From Camelus dromedarius (Eukaryota), in contig NC_087436.1 of NCBI RefSeq assembly GCF_036321535.1, positions 64,544,001 through 64,608,000 of the forward strand: a stretch of 64,000 bases of DNA, written 5' to 3'. Of the stretch, positions 50,646-64,000 are shown piece after piece. Positions within the stretch are counted from its first letter, which is position 1. The number at the start of each line of letters is the position of its first letter. Below the pieces are notes generated by a model. That model saw nothing but the letters and a program-made list of their open reading frames with translations, had not been told where the DNA came from and ran no database searches. The translations under genes and the position numbers were made by a program.

Positions 50646-52580
50646 TTAAAGAAATAAGAATACAGAGAAGCATGTTCCCTTTACTTATGTTCCTTCTATT
50701 TGGAGTGATCTTCCTCAGTTATCTGTATGGCTCACTGCTTCACTGTCTTCAAATGTCACCTTTCAGTTGGGCCTGCCTTGACCACCAGTCTAAATTTCAA
50801 AATTTTTCTCCTTTGCACATGTTACTATCTAGCAGATATTTTATCTTGTTTATTATTTGCCTCCTCATGAAGGGAAGGATTTTTGCGTATTAATTTGTTG
50901 CTGTAGCTCTAGTCTCTAGCACATAATAGGTGTTCAATAAATGTTTGTTCAATGACTGAATTAGGTACTACATAAAAGAAGTGACAGGTAAACCCACATC
51001 TCAAACAGCCTAGTTTGTTTGGACACTACACTAGTTTTTAAATAGCTGGAGCCGAGGATAGCCAGTGGGGTGTGATTATAAATAAGACTGTAGAGGAAAG
51101 GAGAAGCCCCATGTCTGAGGATCTGATGTATATACACTAAAGAATTTAGTCTTATATCCCATAGGCAGGAGAGAAACTTGGAAAGGCAGTGAGCAGCAGG
51201 TTGTAATGATCTTTCGTAGTTAAGTTCCCTTCTTGGCGGCAGGGGATTCTCTCTCTCTCTAGTAAGAAGGGGTCTCTGAAACTGTTTTTCATTCTCCCAC
51301 CCTTTCCATAATAGTATATATTGTTATGTACCTTGAAGTACTGATAACACTGAGGACATATAATTCATAAGATGATTTACATTTGTTTATTCATTATTTT
51401 ATTTTAGACTTTTCTCTCATGGTTTAAGTCAGATACTTATTTAATCAGCCTCAAGTTAGTTTCTAGTCTCAATGTTAACCTTATTTTAAAAAGCAAGAGT
51501 AGAAATTCAGACAAAATAAAACATTTTCTCTTCTAGAAAAAAATGAACAAACAAACAAACAAACAAAAAAAGCCAGAATATTTTTCCAGTTAACCTTGTT
51601 AACTCTAAAATCAGGTAAATTAGACAATGTCCATGGGCAAGGTGAGTAGAGTAGTAATTTTTTGGTTCAGTTTTAAAATTATTACCAGTCCCAAAAATGT
51701 AAACATAAAATGACTAGAGTTTATTTTATTCTCTTAAGGCAAAAATCTATTTATCAGCCCATAAGGAAATCACAGGCCCTGCTTCCAGTTCTTTGTTTAA
51801 ATTGCACTGTAGTGCAGTATGATTTGCATGTTAATGATGTGAATCCAACTGTATAATAAATGAGAAAGGGAAGATATAAACTAGTTTCAGAGAGCAGGTT
51901 TGTTTTTCGTGATTTCTTCCTTAAATGTTTAACTTGAGAACACATCTATGAGATATCCTTATGTGAAAGCTAATCATTTGTGATCATCAAATGCAGTGGC
52001 ATTGAAGCAAGAAGTTTTATTCTCACATTTCTCATTCCGAAAGCAACTGAACACTAGAGGCATTTGAACATCTATGGACCGCAGATCTAATGTAGTAAAC
52101 AAGAGGCTTGCAGAATTTATTCTGTGCAGTGTGATCTCTGAAATCAAAAAGCATGAAGTCACCACAGTTTCCCTTTTCTCTCAGCCACTTCCCCCGTCCT
52201 TGACCCAATTCAAGCATGCAATTGGGATGCTTTGTATTTTGTGCTTTTCATTAATTTCCTGGTATGCTGTTACGCATGTTCTCCTTAAGTAAAACAGCAA
52301 AATAAAACTGTTTTTAAATATTAATATGCAATTTGTGAAAATGTGTCTTAGAAGTGTAGAATCACTAGAAAGTGAAAGGCATAATCTATGTTTTTGAAAG
52401 CCATCCAATTTCCTTTTATTTACAGACTTTGAGCCATTTCACAAATTGAAAAGCAACCATCCAGCCATTTCATGTTTAGATTAATATATATTTACAAGAT
52501 CCTAAAACCATTATCAGCATGCAGAAGCCTTCTCATTGAGCAAATACAGATTAGAGGTAAATGAAGAAATTCCACTACAT

Positions 52581-52809
52581 CAGTGGCTCTCAAATATAGG
52601 TGATTTTCCCCTTAAAGGGCATTTGGCTGTTTCTAGAGGTATTTTGATTGTCACAACTCGAGGTAGGGAGTACTACTGGCATCCAGTACAGAAAGTCCAA
52701 GGATATTGGTAAACATCCTACAATGCACAAGACAACTATACACACACCACACCCACCCACCCCCCCACACACACACAACAAAGAATTGTCAATAGATTGG
52801 GAATTCCTG
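52581..52809. mobile_element. MER20-like DNA transposon
   Basis: CAGTGGCTCTCAA...GGGCATTTGGC...TACTACTGGCATCCAGT...AAACATCCTACAATGCACA. Confidence 0.75.
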
Positions 52810-52891
52810 CCCTCTTGGTTGTGAAACCAAATCCTATCAAATTTTACATTCTAATTCACAAACGTTTACAAGTTATGAAATAGTTAGAACT

Positions 52892-53395
52892 TGTATTAGC
52901 TACTGCTGTATAACAGTACTACCACAAAGGCATAAAACATGCATGCTCATTATCTCAGAGATTCTGTGGGTCAGAAGTCCAGACGCAGATTAGATGGTTC
53001 TTTTACAAGGCTGAAATCGTACTGCCACACAGGGATGAGTTCTCATCTCAATGCTCAACTAGGGAAGAATCTGTTACCAAGCTTATGTGGTTGTTGGTAG
53101 CATTCAGTACCTTGCACACCATCAGACTGAGGGCTTCAGTTTCTTGCTGGCTGTTGTCTTCAGTTCCTTGTCCTATGGCTCCCCATAGACAGTTCACAAC
53201 ATGGCAACATACTTTGCAAAGCTGGATGGGAAAGTCTTCTCAGACTTTATGATTATATGTATGTATTTACATATATGCATGTAATTACATACATTCCACT
53301 ACAGTTGCCTGTTTCTATAGGGTAGAATTAAGTACAGATCCTGACCCACACTTAAGGGTAAGTAAGGAATGACACAGAAGTGTGAAAGTGCCCAC
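52892..53395. mobile_element. MaLR (MLT1) LTR
   Basis: TGTATTAGCTACTGCTGTATAACA...TTATCTCAGAGATTCTGTGGGTCAG motifs. Confidence 0.7.
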
Positions 53396-54373
53396 TCTTC
53401 TGTTTCATTTTCTTTCTCTGTATTAAAATTTTTCACATTATTTGGAACTTAGATGTTGGGGATTTGGAAAGTAGAAAGGCCATCTTGGGTTCTTCTTCAT
53501 TGCTAGTTAATCTGCAGTTAAAATATACAATTGTAAATAGGGTAAATAGGATAACTAACAACTGAAAGTAATGTGAGTTACGTAATAAAAATAGGTATTA
53601 TATCTCTCTCTACCATAAATTAAACTTGTTATAATAAATTTGTCATTTTATAATAAATTTTGTTTGCTAGATCCTCACTGGGGAACTTTCTCTGTTTACT
53701 TTAAGTATACACTGAATCTTAATTTTTAGATATGCAACTATGTTTTCCTTTGGTTTTAATACAAGCCAGATTAATTTCTACAGTATTAGAAATTAATTTC
53801 AGTGAAAATGTGATACTACACCGGTTTAATATTAAAGAGATTCATTGTTAAACAAGGAGGCACAAATATTAATGAGTAAGAGTTTTACGATTACAATGAA
53901 TCTTTTGTGCATTTGTGTTCTTCTTAAAAATGTACAAATAAATATAAATAGATTTGGATACTGTTTGATCTATTAGATATACTGTAAGACATTCTGTTGT
54001 ATTTAATACATATGTGATGACTGAGAAAATTGCATTATGGTAGATAGCAAGTATACTTTTCACTTTCAGAGGAGAATTCAGAATTTCTGTTTTATAGAAT
54101 TGTACTCATTTCATAATTTGGGGGGACATGGAAATTATATAGTCATATAGATTTTTTGTTTCCTTCAAATAACTTCCTTTGATGTTTGCACTATTTGCAT
54201 ATCTTATACACATACACAAAATACTTCTTAAGTACCTATTATGTGTCAGAAATTGTGTACTATATATACAATATTGCATTCTCATTCATAAGTCTATTTT
54301 ACCTAAATTTTTAAAGGAAACTAACATGTATTCTGTTTTAGAGATTTGCCCGAAGTTTCACAGCTAGAAAGTG

Positions 54374-54514
54374 CAAGAGCAGGAACTTGTAGCAGACACT
54401 CCTTCATGTGGCTCTGTGTAACTAGTGGTGCAAAAATTTATCACAAGAGCAGGAACTCATATGCAGACACTCCTTCATGTGGCTCTGTGTAACTAGTGGT
54501 GCAAAAATTCATCA
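54374..54514. repeat. Tandem duplication, about 70-bp unit x2
   Basis: CAAGAGCAGGAACT...GCAGACACTCCTTCATGTGGCTCTGTGTAACTAGTGGTGCAAAAATT.ATCA repeated with few differences. Confidence 0.95.
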
Positions 54515-55059
54515 CTTCCAGAAAGAATGAAATCTTGAATTTTTAGCTGAGTAATATCCAAAAAATTGTAAACATATACTGAATACAATTATGAGTAATC
54601 CAAAATGGCAATTTCATTCATTCTTTTCCATTTTCTGTGTGCAATCACTATAAATCACAGCTATGGAAAAGATTAGTAACTCAGCCGAGTGAAAGGGGTG
54701 GGATGTGAGAGAGAAAATAGTTATGACTGAGAAGAGCATGTTCCGGAAAGAAACATTCATATCATTGAAGATGAGAGGGGCCTTTTTAAGACTCAGGAAA
54801 TATATCCAGGATGGTTAGAAGGGAGAGAACAAAGGCAGGAAGGCATCAGTGGAGGCTTGAGAAGTAGGGAGGGTGAGGATTAGAAGGCTTTTAAAGCCAT
54901 GTTTAAAAATTTTGAATTTATAATAAGATCAGTTGTGAGCTTTTAAACAGCAACAAGTCAGATGGCAGTTTTCAAAGATCATTCCAGGTACAAGGTGAAA
55001 GATGGAGTATAGGTATTCATGTGATGATTCAGGGGAATGATGTAGCTATTGATAGCTGC

Positions 55060-55560
55060 AACTGACTAGATGGACCTCAAAAGCATTATGCTCAGAGAAA
55101 AAAAGTCAATCTCAAAAGGTTTCATTCTTATGATTCTAATTGCATAACATTCTTGAAAGGATGAAACTGTAGAGGTGGAGAATAGAAGAGGTTGCCAGGA
55201 GATAGGAACAGGGTGTGTAGGTATGAATACAGAGAGGTGGCAGAGGTACTGCTGTAGTGATGGAACAGTTTTGTATCTTCCATGTGGTGGTGGTCACACA
55301 CATCTACACGTAAGAAACAATTCCACAGAATTACACATACACATACACATAAATGAATGCAAGTTTAAAAATGGGGAAAACTAAATAAAGTCTGTAGTCA
55401 AATTAAGAGCTATGTACCAATGCCAGTTTCCTGGTTTTGATATTATACTATAGTCATGTAAGTTCTCACCATTGGTGGAAAGTAAAAGAAGAGACTCTTT
55501 GTAGTATTTTTGCAGCTTCCTGTGAGTCTATACTTATTTCAAAACAACAAAATTTTTAAA
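55060..55560 (+). mobile_element. Old L1M 3' UTR fragment
   Basis: GCATTATGCT...TGATGGAACAGTTTTGTATCTT...TTTTTGCAGCTTCCTGTGAGTCTA. Confidence 0.65.
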
Positions 55561-57418
55561 AGGCTATTGTAATAAAACAAGCTTAGGTTAGAGTGGGATT
55601 GGTGGTGAAGAATAAGAAAGACAATATTCCCTTGGCTCAACAAGGATCAAATCTGCAAGTCTTAATGCTAATATTTTGTGATGAATCAAGCTGGTTGTTG
55701 TTAGAGTGCCTTTATTGAACACATACTAATTGAGCAACCTCCTCTATGTCCCAGGCTGTTGAAGGCACTGAGGATCATTCTGAGCAAAAGAGCAAGAGTC
55801 TGTCTTTGTGGGGCTTCTGGGCTACCAAAAGAGTCTAAAACTTGCCATACAAATTTTTGATACTCTCCTATATGAAGACTAGGCTGTGCTTCTGAGAGAT
55901 CAAATGATTGATAGACTTCTGTTACCACTTGTAGGCTCCTAAATTATGTGAGCTATCTGTAATTTTGAGTCCAAAATAGCTTAGTATTCTTCATAGTATA
56001 TATTTCAATTTTCATTTAAAATGTCCCTGTCTTTCCCTGTCCCTCCCATTTTACTTTCAAAATTAAATATTGAATTTTTTTGGAAAAAAAAATTTTTATA
56101 TCCTGTATACCCATAATTTTTTTTTCATTTCAAGTTTTGAAATACTATAGAGCAGAAAAGTTGTTTTGAAAAATATTTTTCTCTTTATTTACATTATTCT
56201 TACTTTAAAATTATTTCCCGTTGGAGTACAAGTGACAATAGCACATACCTTTCCCAAAGCTGGTTTGGATAACAGGGGGTAGATTACTAGTGGGGTTTTA
56301 AGTGCCCCTCAGAGATTGAAGTGAAAAAAATAAACTTTATACTTTTACTTCAGGCTAGTCTAACTTCAGTTCTTATTATATAAATTTAGGAAATAGTTCA
56401 ACTTGTTAACTTAGATGGCCATTTGTAGCTCTCCTGAAACAGAGTCAAATGCATCTGAGAATAACCTGCATTTGATTGTAATAATGTTACTATTACTGAA
56501 TGTCTTTTGTATGTCAGTATTATCAAAATAAATATAAGAATCCACATTTTTAAAATCCAGAGTTTTAAAGATGAGGAAATTCTGACTTTCGAGAAGATTA
56601 ATTTTTTCCCAGATCCACACAGTTAGTAGATGATTACCTAACATTTGAACCTAAAATAAATGTTCTTTCCAGTATACCTCACTGTCCTTTATTGTATTAT
56701 TAATACAGTAAATATACTGTTTTATGAAGCCTTCAAAGTCTCTGAAAATGAATCTAGTTCTGTTGAAGTAAAAGAGCTCAATATAACCAGTATGCATTTT
56801 ATATACTTATTTTCCTAGCAATTTGAAATACTGCATGTGTGATGTGCATGTGTTTGTGTGTATATGTACATATATATCTGTGTATATAAATAAGTGTGTG
56901 TATGTGTGTGTATATATATATGTATGCTTTTAGTAGAAAAACTTGAAAATTATTATCCTGTGGGCAGATTTTTCCTGAGCAATTTGCTTCTCTGACCCAT
57001 TTATTACTACTTATGGAATGTATCACCTCATCCTCTTATAAAGAAAAACATCAGTTGAAAGCAAAATGGTGAGGCTTTTATTATGCTATTAATTTAGAAG
57101 GTGATGAGCAGGCACAGTTGGCATGATGTTAGAAAGAAAATAAATTGTTTGGTGCATGTTTGAGTAAAGAGAAGTTACTAAATTCCCAACTTGAGGACTA
57201 GTCGAAAACATTTGCCTCAACAGATAATGTAAATTACATGACAAAAATGAAATGTTTACTGACCTCACCAGTGCTAGTGAGATGATGGGCACAGCCAGAA
57301 TTTGACTTTCTACAGCTCATACCACAGTGAGCCTGCACACCCTGTACACTCCTTGAGGAGAGGAGCCCTGTTTTATTCAACCCAGTAGTCCCATTCTCGC
57401 AGCCGTTTGGCCCTCCCA

Positions 57419-57494
57419 TTTGTGTTACTGTGTATGTTTTTGATTTTTTTAAAAGTTTGTGTTACTGTGTATGTTTTTAATTTTTTAAAGTTTG
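57419..57494. repeat. Tandem duplication, about 37-bp unit x2
   Basis: TTGTGTTACTGTGTATGTTTTT.ATTTTTT.AAAG repeated. Confidence 0.9.
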
Positions 57495-58559
57495 TTTTTA
57501 AGCAATATTTTGAAGTACTTAGAAAGCAATACAATGTCCTTCTTTTTACCAGACTCTAAACATAAACAACAAAACAAATAACCAAGAAAAGTAGCCACCT
57601 TGAAATAGGGCCTTACATTTTATCAGTTTCTTAGAAGCTTGTGCATATGTAACAGAGACAAGCACATACATATTTTTCAAGCATCTGCAGTAGATCAAAG
57701 TTACTAAAATTGCTTTCTTAAAAAAAAAACTTGGAGCTTAAATTATGAGCTCTTCTTTACTATTCACTTTGAGTATTTCATTTCCAAATACAGAGAATAA
57801 TTTTATTTTTCTTGAATTTATTTTAACTTCATACCTATAAATAAATCACATATATCCCTTACATTTTGGTATCACTTTGTCTTCATAGGTAAACTACAAT
57901 TCACAAGTTAATAATAAAACGTATGTCACTGGAAATATTAGGCAATGACTCCTGTAACTGGATAACAATGATGTCAAAACTAAGGGAATAAAATACAATA
58001 TTGAGGCTGGGAGTAAGGAATTATTCTAAATCCTGTCATCAGTTCAACTACTTACACTCCTTGAGTGTTTTACTGGTTGTTGAAAAATCAGTAAACTCAG
58101 ATTCAATTGAATTTATTCCCTCAGTTTTTTTGTTTGTTTGTGTGCTTTTGTCACCACCTAAATTTACTTAATATCCTCATAAATCAAAACTTCTAGAAAT
58201 TTTACAGTAATGAGAACACCAACATAATTCTGTTGGTTATAAGTCAGGAATTCTCAGGAACATTTTCATACTGGTGAATTCAATTTGTCAGTGTGTTTGT
58301 TTCAATTTTGAATAAATGATAGTAATTGATATGGAGCTCAAGAAGAATTTACATGAGAAAGGCTAACTTCTTTTGTTAAAATGAAAAAGCAAACAGCTCA
58401 ATTCCACCAACAGTTATTGAAGGCCTACTGTGTGCCAGTGAGGATCATAGTATATGTACTTAAAAGCCATGACCTCCCTCACACCCTTGTGCCCTTGTGT
58501 ATATATGTATGTGATCCATAGGATTCTAGTCATCAGCACCACTGAAACCTCAGATGTAT

Positions 58560-59200
58560 AGTCAAATATTGTTCTCCCTACTTCCATTCTTCTCCCATTC
58601 AGTCACTCTTAAACACAACAACCCAGGTGAACCTAAGTCTGACTGTGTCTTTTCTTTGTTCAGAACCTTACGTGGCTTCCCACACCAGACAGAGTAAATG
58701 CCATAGTCTTCACCATACCTGTGTGTATTGTACAATCACCCCAGTCACTCACCATCGCTCTGATATCATTTCATACTGGCTTTCCCTCATGTTGCTCCAG
58801 CCATTCTGGCCATCTCACTGAGTAGGGCTTTTGCAGATACTGTTCCTACTACCTGGAATGCTCCCCAGTTATTCACATCTCTGAGTCCTCCAGTTCCATC
58901 AGAGCTTCCTTGTCATCTTAACAGCATGGAAATGCCTGACACCCTATTAAAAATTGCAGTTCGCTTCTTCCAAGACTTCCTGTTACTTTCCCCGGTTTTA
59001 TTTTTTTCTTCTTATCTTTAGCACTTTTTAATATCTAATATGCTATATATTTTAATTTTTGTCCTATTTATCCTACTAAAATGTAAGCTGTATGAGGTCA
59101 GGGCTTTTCATCTTTTGTTGTTTTTGTTATTTATTTCTGTATCCCCAACATTTAGAATAGCAATTGACACATGGTAAGCAATCAATAATCCTTGAATGTA
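58560..59200. mobile_element. L2 3' fragment
   Basis: AATGTAAGCTGTATGAGGTCAGGGC...TGTATCCCCAACATTTAGAATAG...CAATAA...TTGAATG, typical of an L2 3' end. Confidence 0.65.
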
Positions 59201-61524
59201 TTAGGGAATGACTAACAATATTAGTACTGATAGTAAACATTTATTAATCTGTTGGTCTTTGTCATTTACTTTGCTAAGTCTACTTTAAATCCATATTGCC
59301 ACTTTTTTTCTCTCAAATAAGTATGTATATTATTATCTCCATTTAGTGAAAAACAAAAAAAACTAAAGCACAAAGAGATGTTATAATTTGTCCAAAGTCA
59401 CATCTCTTTTAAACCATTATTTATCTCACTGTATTATGTGGAGACATTTCTGCTGTTATGGTATTTTAACAACTCTAAGAGTCTTATGATTTCATCTTTT
59501 AACATTTTATAAGTTGAAATGTTCCTAACGCTTGAAGGCATGTCAGAGTTTAATTGGCAGAGATTTTTTTTTTCCTTTCTAAGTGGCACAGAGAATAATT
59601 AATGCTTTTATACCTTCCCAAAATACAGTATATTAAAATCTAATTGAAGCAGCACTCTTTGCTTCATCTCTGAATTCCTGCTGTTTGGCACAATGTGTAA
59701 TATAAAGCAAACAGCAATAAATACATATTGAATGAATAAATATATTAGTATGTTTCTCCTCTTCCTATTTCCTATCTTCTTCAGTAGCTTTTTCTATAAA
59801 CGTTCTTAGGACTTCAATGAGGACAAGGAACATGATAATGATACTCACATTTTGTTCACAGTACTACGCCTGTAATATGATAGTTGATAAAGAAATATAG
59901 ATGGGATGAATTAATGTTATAATTCCTAGAAATGAGCTCTTTTGTAGGCAGATAATATAGTCCAAACTTGATACTTTAAAAAATGACTTTAAATCTTTGT
60001 CAGATAATATGGATTACACATGGGTTTTAGAGTCAACTATCTGTATTAAAATCCTGGCTTTACCACTTCTTAACTATGTGAAGTTAGGAAATTCGCTTAG
60101 CCTCTCTGTACCTCAAGAATGCATGTAGAGCATTAGCACACTTCTAGGCACATAATATATGCTCCAGAAAAGCCAGCTGTATTTCACAGTATTGTTTGCC
60201 AGTTGTTTATTGCCTACTTGTATGCTGAATACGGTACTAAGTTTTCTGGATTTTATAATTTTTTGTTGTTGTTTTTGTTCTCCTCAAGGGTCCTTACTTT
60301 AGGAGAATTAAACATGCCATAAACAGAAATTAGCTCAAAGCGAATTACTTCCTCCAGTCTCAACAGCAGCAGCTTTCTTGTGGGTCAAGTTCAGGTTCTC
60401 AGTGTTCCATCTGGGTTAGTGTGGTTAAAAGTGTGCCCGGGTTGTTTCTCGTTATGAACTTTGAACCTTTGAAAAATTACTGAATCTCTTGGTGCTTCAG
60501 TTTCACCATCTGCAAATGATGATAATTAATAGTACAGCTTTGATGTCAGAATTGAATGGGCCAGTTTCTGGAGAGTGCTCGAAGTGGTGCCAGGTCCTTG
60601 ATAAGTACTCAAGAACTACACAACAGGTCCAGGCCATAGCAACACCAGTTAAAGTATATGTGAGCAGTATTGGGGACGAATTATTCCAGGTTTACTAAGA
60701 GTTTTCACATATATGTTTCTGTGATTAAATTTTGTCTAAATTTTAAACAACAGCATCATCCTAATAGAAAGGGAGAGATTTTGATAGACTTGGGCTTAGA
60801 ATACTTGTCCTATCACTTGCCAGCTATATAAGCTTGGGAGAATTACTTAATTTGACTTCTTTCATCTCCAAAATGAAGTATAGCCACCCTAAGCTTATTA
60901 AGAACACTAAGTTAGAGCACATATATAAAACATACAGCACAATTCTTGGCTTGGTAGAGGCTAAATACGTAGCAGATAATTTTAATAAGGTGCCCTCAAA
61001 GTCTTATATTTTACCTTATTACCTCACATGATAAGGTCATTACAAGTTCATGTTTATTTGAACAGATAGTTTCCTTTATTTACAGTAAGGATAATATCCT
61101 ATGAGAGAATCAGATAATACAATGTATCAAATTACAAAAATAAATGTAACTCTACATGACTGATAGTATATGGAATTTCACTACTTTAAGGGACCGTAAA
61201 GCTAGGTATTATAGATGGATTCTGAAAAGAATTGGAAAATTTCATGATTGGTAATATTGATGTTTCTTTTTAAAAACTAGATGTAACCAGATCTTCTGCC
61301 ACCTACTGATATCCATGGAGGTCAGGCAGAATTTCTTTATTCCACCAAGAGCACTGCGCAAGTAGCCAAAAGCCACTTGCAGCATTGTTATCGTTTGGTT
61401 TACTTATTTCCTCTGTCAGGCCCTTGAGAAGAGTTCATCAATAATTGACCTTGGATTTAAATAAATACTCTGGAAAGTAGGGAGAAGGAAATGTTCTGTA
61501 GTCAGCCAAAATGTTTTATGTTGG

Positions 61525-61829
61525 AATGAACACAGTTCTGATGGCCAAACGTTGAAGATCACGGTACCAGCGGGATTGGTTTTTCCTGAGGCCTCTCTCC
61601 TTAATTTAAGATGGTCACTCTCTCACCGTGTCCTCACGTGGCCTGTAACCTGCGCTCATGTTTCCCTGGAATCTCTGCTCTTACAAGGATGCCAGTTCTG
61701 TATATTAGGGCCCCACCCTTAGGAACTCATTGCATCTTAATACCTCTTTAAAGGCCTATCTCCAAATATAGTTACATGTGGAATGGGGCTTCAACATATG
61801 AATTTTGGGGGAAAACAAGTCCGTTAACA
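61525..61829. mobile_element. MaLR (MLT1) LTR, partial
   Basis: CACAGTTCTG...CTCTTACAAGGATGCCAGT...TTAGGGCCCCACCC...GGGCTTCAACATATGAATTTTGGGG. Confidence 0.8.
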
Positions 61830-63439
61830 AAGTTAATCCCAAATAATAAATGTTTTGTGATCAAGAATAGTAATGTTTTATTATAATCATTTTAGTTCCT
61901 TCAGTCTATTCTTAAAGCGTCGGAAGACTTGTAGAATGCTTGAAATAATTCAGGCTGCCACTTTTGAAAGCATATTATGAAAAATATGGAATATGGAACT
62001 AGAGGGCACTGATTTACTTACTACTTATGATTATGATTCACTTACCAGTTGAGCCTATGTTTTCTCATTTGTAAAGTTATGATTTCATAGTTATAATTAC
62101 TCTACACAGTTTTTAATCAGAATTCAATGAATACTAGAGATAAGGAAAAACATTGCAGGATGTAAAGCACTATACAGATGTTCATTATTTTCGCTGTTTT
62201 CCATTAGTGTCCTCCACAGAGTATAATCTGTAGTAACATTCAAAATAGTATTTATTCTTTTCAAGGCAGGCTGAACAAAAGAATTAAACAGAATAAATCA
62301 AATCATTAGAATGAAATAAGCCATGGTCAATACATTTCAGGGGACAGGAGAATTAAAAATTTCTTTTGGAAATAAGGTTAATTATGAGGGGAAAATGTTA
62401 ACATGGAGGGCTTTTTTGGTTACTTTTATGAAAATACTATAAGAATGACAATATAAGGAAGATTGCACAATTTTGTTTAAGTGTTTTATATAAACAATCA
62501 CTCAAGCTTATTTTCTTTTACATAGTAGCCTTTCCCTGATACACAACCTCAAGCATATGAGGTACTTAAAAACACATAGTTTTATGAAACTAGGTGTATC
62601 ATCAGGTAAGACTCAATAACAGTATGCACTGGAAAAGTGTCAGATCCTTCCTGGAAGTAGAGAGAGACGGACTCTTGATGGCATATGATATAGGCCGGAA
62701 CTTGGCCAACGTGTGTTGCTCTGACTCTTCAGTGAATCCAGATCTTTTTTCACAGTATCTAGCAATAAGACAGATTCTTTCCTGGGCACTGGTAACAACA
62801 CGTTTATCAATAGTAGTGCTTATTCTGCCAAAAGCTAGCACTGAGCAGAGCCCTTGGGAGTCTTACATGGCAATAAATGGAAGGGAAGGGGTGGGAGATC
62901 AGGGACAGCTTTTAAAATTGACTTTTATTCTGTTTAAAGACGAATGGAATGATATGACCCTGCTTGTAGACATCTCTCTGCAGCACAGATCCAAGGAAAT
63001 AAGTTCTATACTGACCCTTAACATTAGTGTTCCTTTATTAAGCCAAGTCCTTGTAATGTATTTCATAACAAATTGAACTTTAAAAAATATTTTATCAGTG
63101 TTATTGCTTCACAAAAGTATATTCAATTTAAGTATGATTGTTCTGAGATAAGGTCATCTGAGGAAAGAGGAGGCTTTATATTCTCCCTGCTTATTTTCTC
63201 TTTGAATTATCTCCTTGAATTTTCTTAATGTAGAGTGAAATGCATTTATGAAATAACTTTTTCAGCCCATCAACTGTGGAGACATATAGCTGCCCCATTT
63301 GCTGTTTCCTTCTATTTATCCTTTTCCATCTCTGTGAAATTTTACAACTGGACTCTCCTTTGCTTCCTTGACCTATCCCTGATATTCATCTATCTTGGCT
63401 GAGAGCTTATTAACTCTTAGTCAGACAACAAGGCTAAAA

Positions 63440-63870
63440 GTTAAGGAAATAGTCTTGACAAAACACACTTTAGTATATAACCCTGTCTTGTTAAATTTGG
63501 AAAGGTTCCCTGATGGAGATGGCATCCAATCTAAGCCCTAAAGAATACATAGGAATTACCAGGTAGAAATGGGGGCAGGACCGCTGCAGCATATGCAAAT
63601 ACCCTGAGGCCAAAAGAACAGGGGGCAGTTGGGAAACTACTGGTAATTTTGTGTGATTTAAGAGTACAGATACAAGATGGGAAAACGTTATAAATGAGCT
63701 GGAGAAAGAAACCCATAAGGGCTCTAGGCATGAAGAAAAGGAGTCCAGCCTTTGTTTGGATGGCAGATAGAAACCATTTAAGGATTTTAACCTGGGGAGT
63801 AACGCATTCCAATTTATAACCTACGAGATGCCTCTGGCAAAAGGTAGAGGATGGTTTGAATAGGGTAATT
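63440..63870. mobile_element. L2 fragment
   Basis: CAGCATATGCAAATACCCTGAGG...GAAACCATTTAAGGATTTTAA motifs. Confidence 0.55.
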
Positions 63871-64000
63871 TTAGAGAAAAATAAAGAACATTGATTTTCA
63901 TTATGTGCTGCTATCGTTAAATACATTTTGGTGGGATACTGTAGTCTTTTAAAATCTGAAATCTGGATCAAATAGAACACAATGATGTATCAAATCTATG

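Noticed and set aside
57255..57420. GC-richer block resembling a minus-strand promoter or first exon
   Set aside because: Only a weak TATA-like element and donor; no independent support.
62526..62605. Possible plus-strand exon (TTTTCTTTTACATAG...CAG|GTAAGA)
   Set aside because: One frame is open but the peptide is unrecognised. Such site pairs arise by chance in 64 kb.
62594..63076. 160-aa plus-strand ORF and overlapping 79-aa minus-strand ORF
   Set aside because: No recognisable domain in any frame I read, and no convincing exon boundaries around them.
1..64000. CRISPR arrays, tRNA/rRNA genes, prokaryote-type operons
   Set aside because: This is mammalian repeat-rich DNA and none were seen. 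The only tRNA-related sequence is the ERV PBS.

Overview
AT-rich mammalian genomic DNA with no recognisable host protein-coding exon. The lineage-specific L1 3' ends and the absence of Alu, B1, Bov-A/tA, PRE-1 or Can-SINE suggest a cetartiodactyl, plausibly a camelid (inference). The background is old repeats (MIR, L2, MLT1, MER20/5/58, L1M) plus four younger truncated L1s and several solo LTRs. The main object is a 5.1-kb, two-LTR, class I (gamma-like) endogenous retrovirus on the minus strand (40380-45492). It has 452-bp LTRs differing at 10 positions by eye, a CCAT target-site duplication and a tRNA-Thr-like PBS. It is non-autonomous: RT, RNase H, the IN core and most of SU are deleted. Its gag capsid region carries a 225-nt insertion derived from host ATXN7 (ataxin-7) mRNA, including the CAG/polyQ tract, joined by microhomology. 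It also has an intact 58-codon two-hydrophobic-helix ORF between pol and env and a decayed pre-gag ORF. Separately, an L1 at about 11 kb shows a clean 3' transduction. All family names and the ATXN7 identity come from recall, not from database searches.
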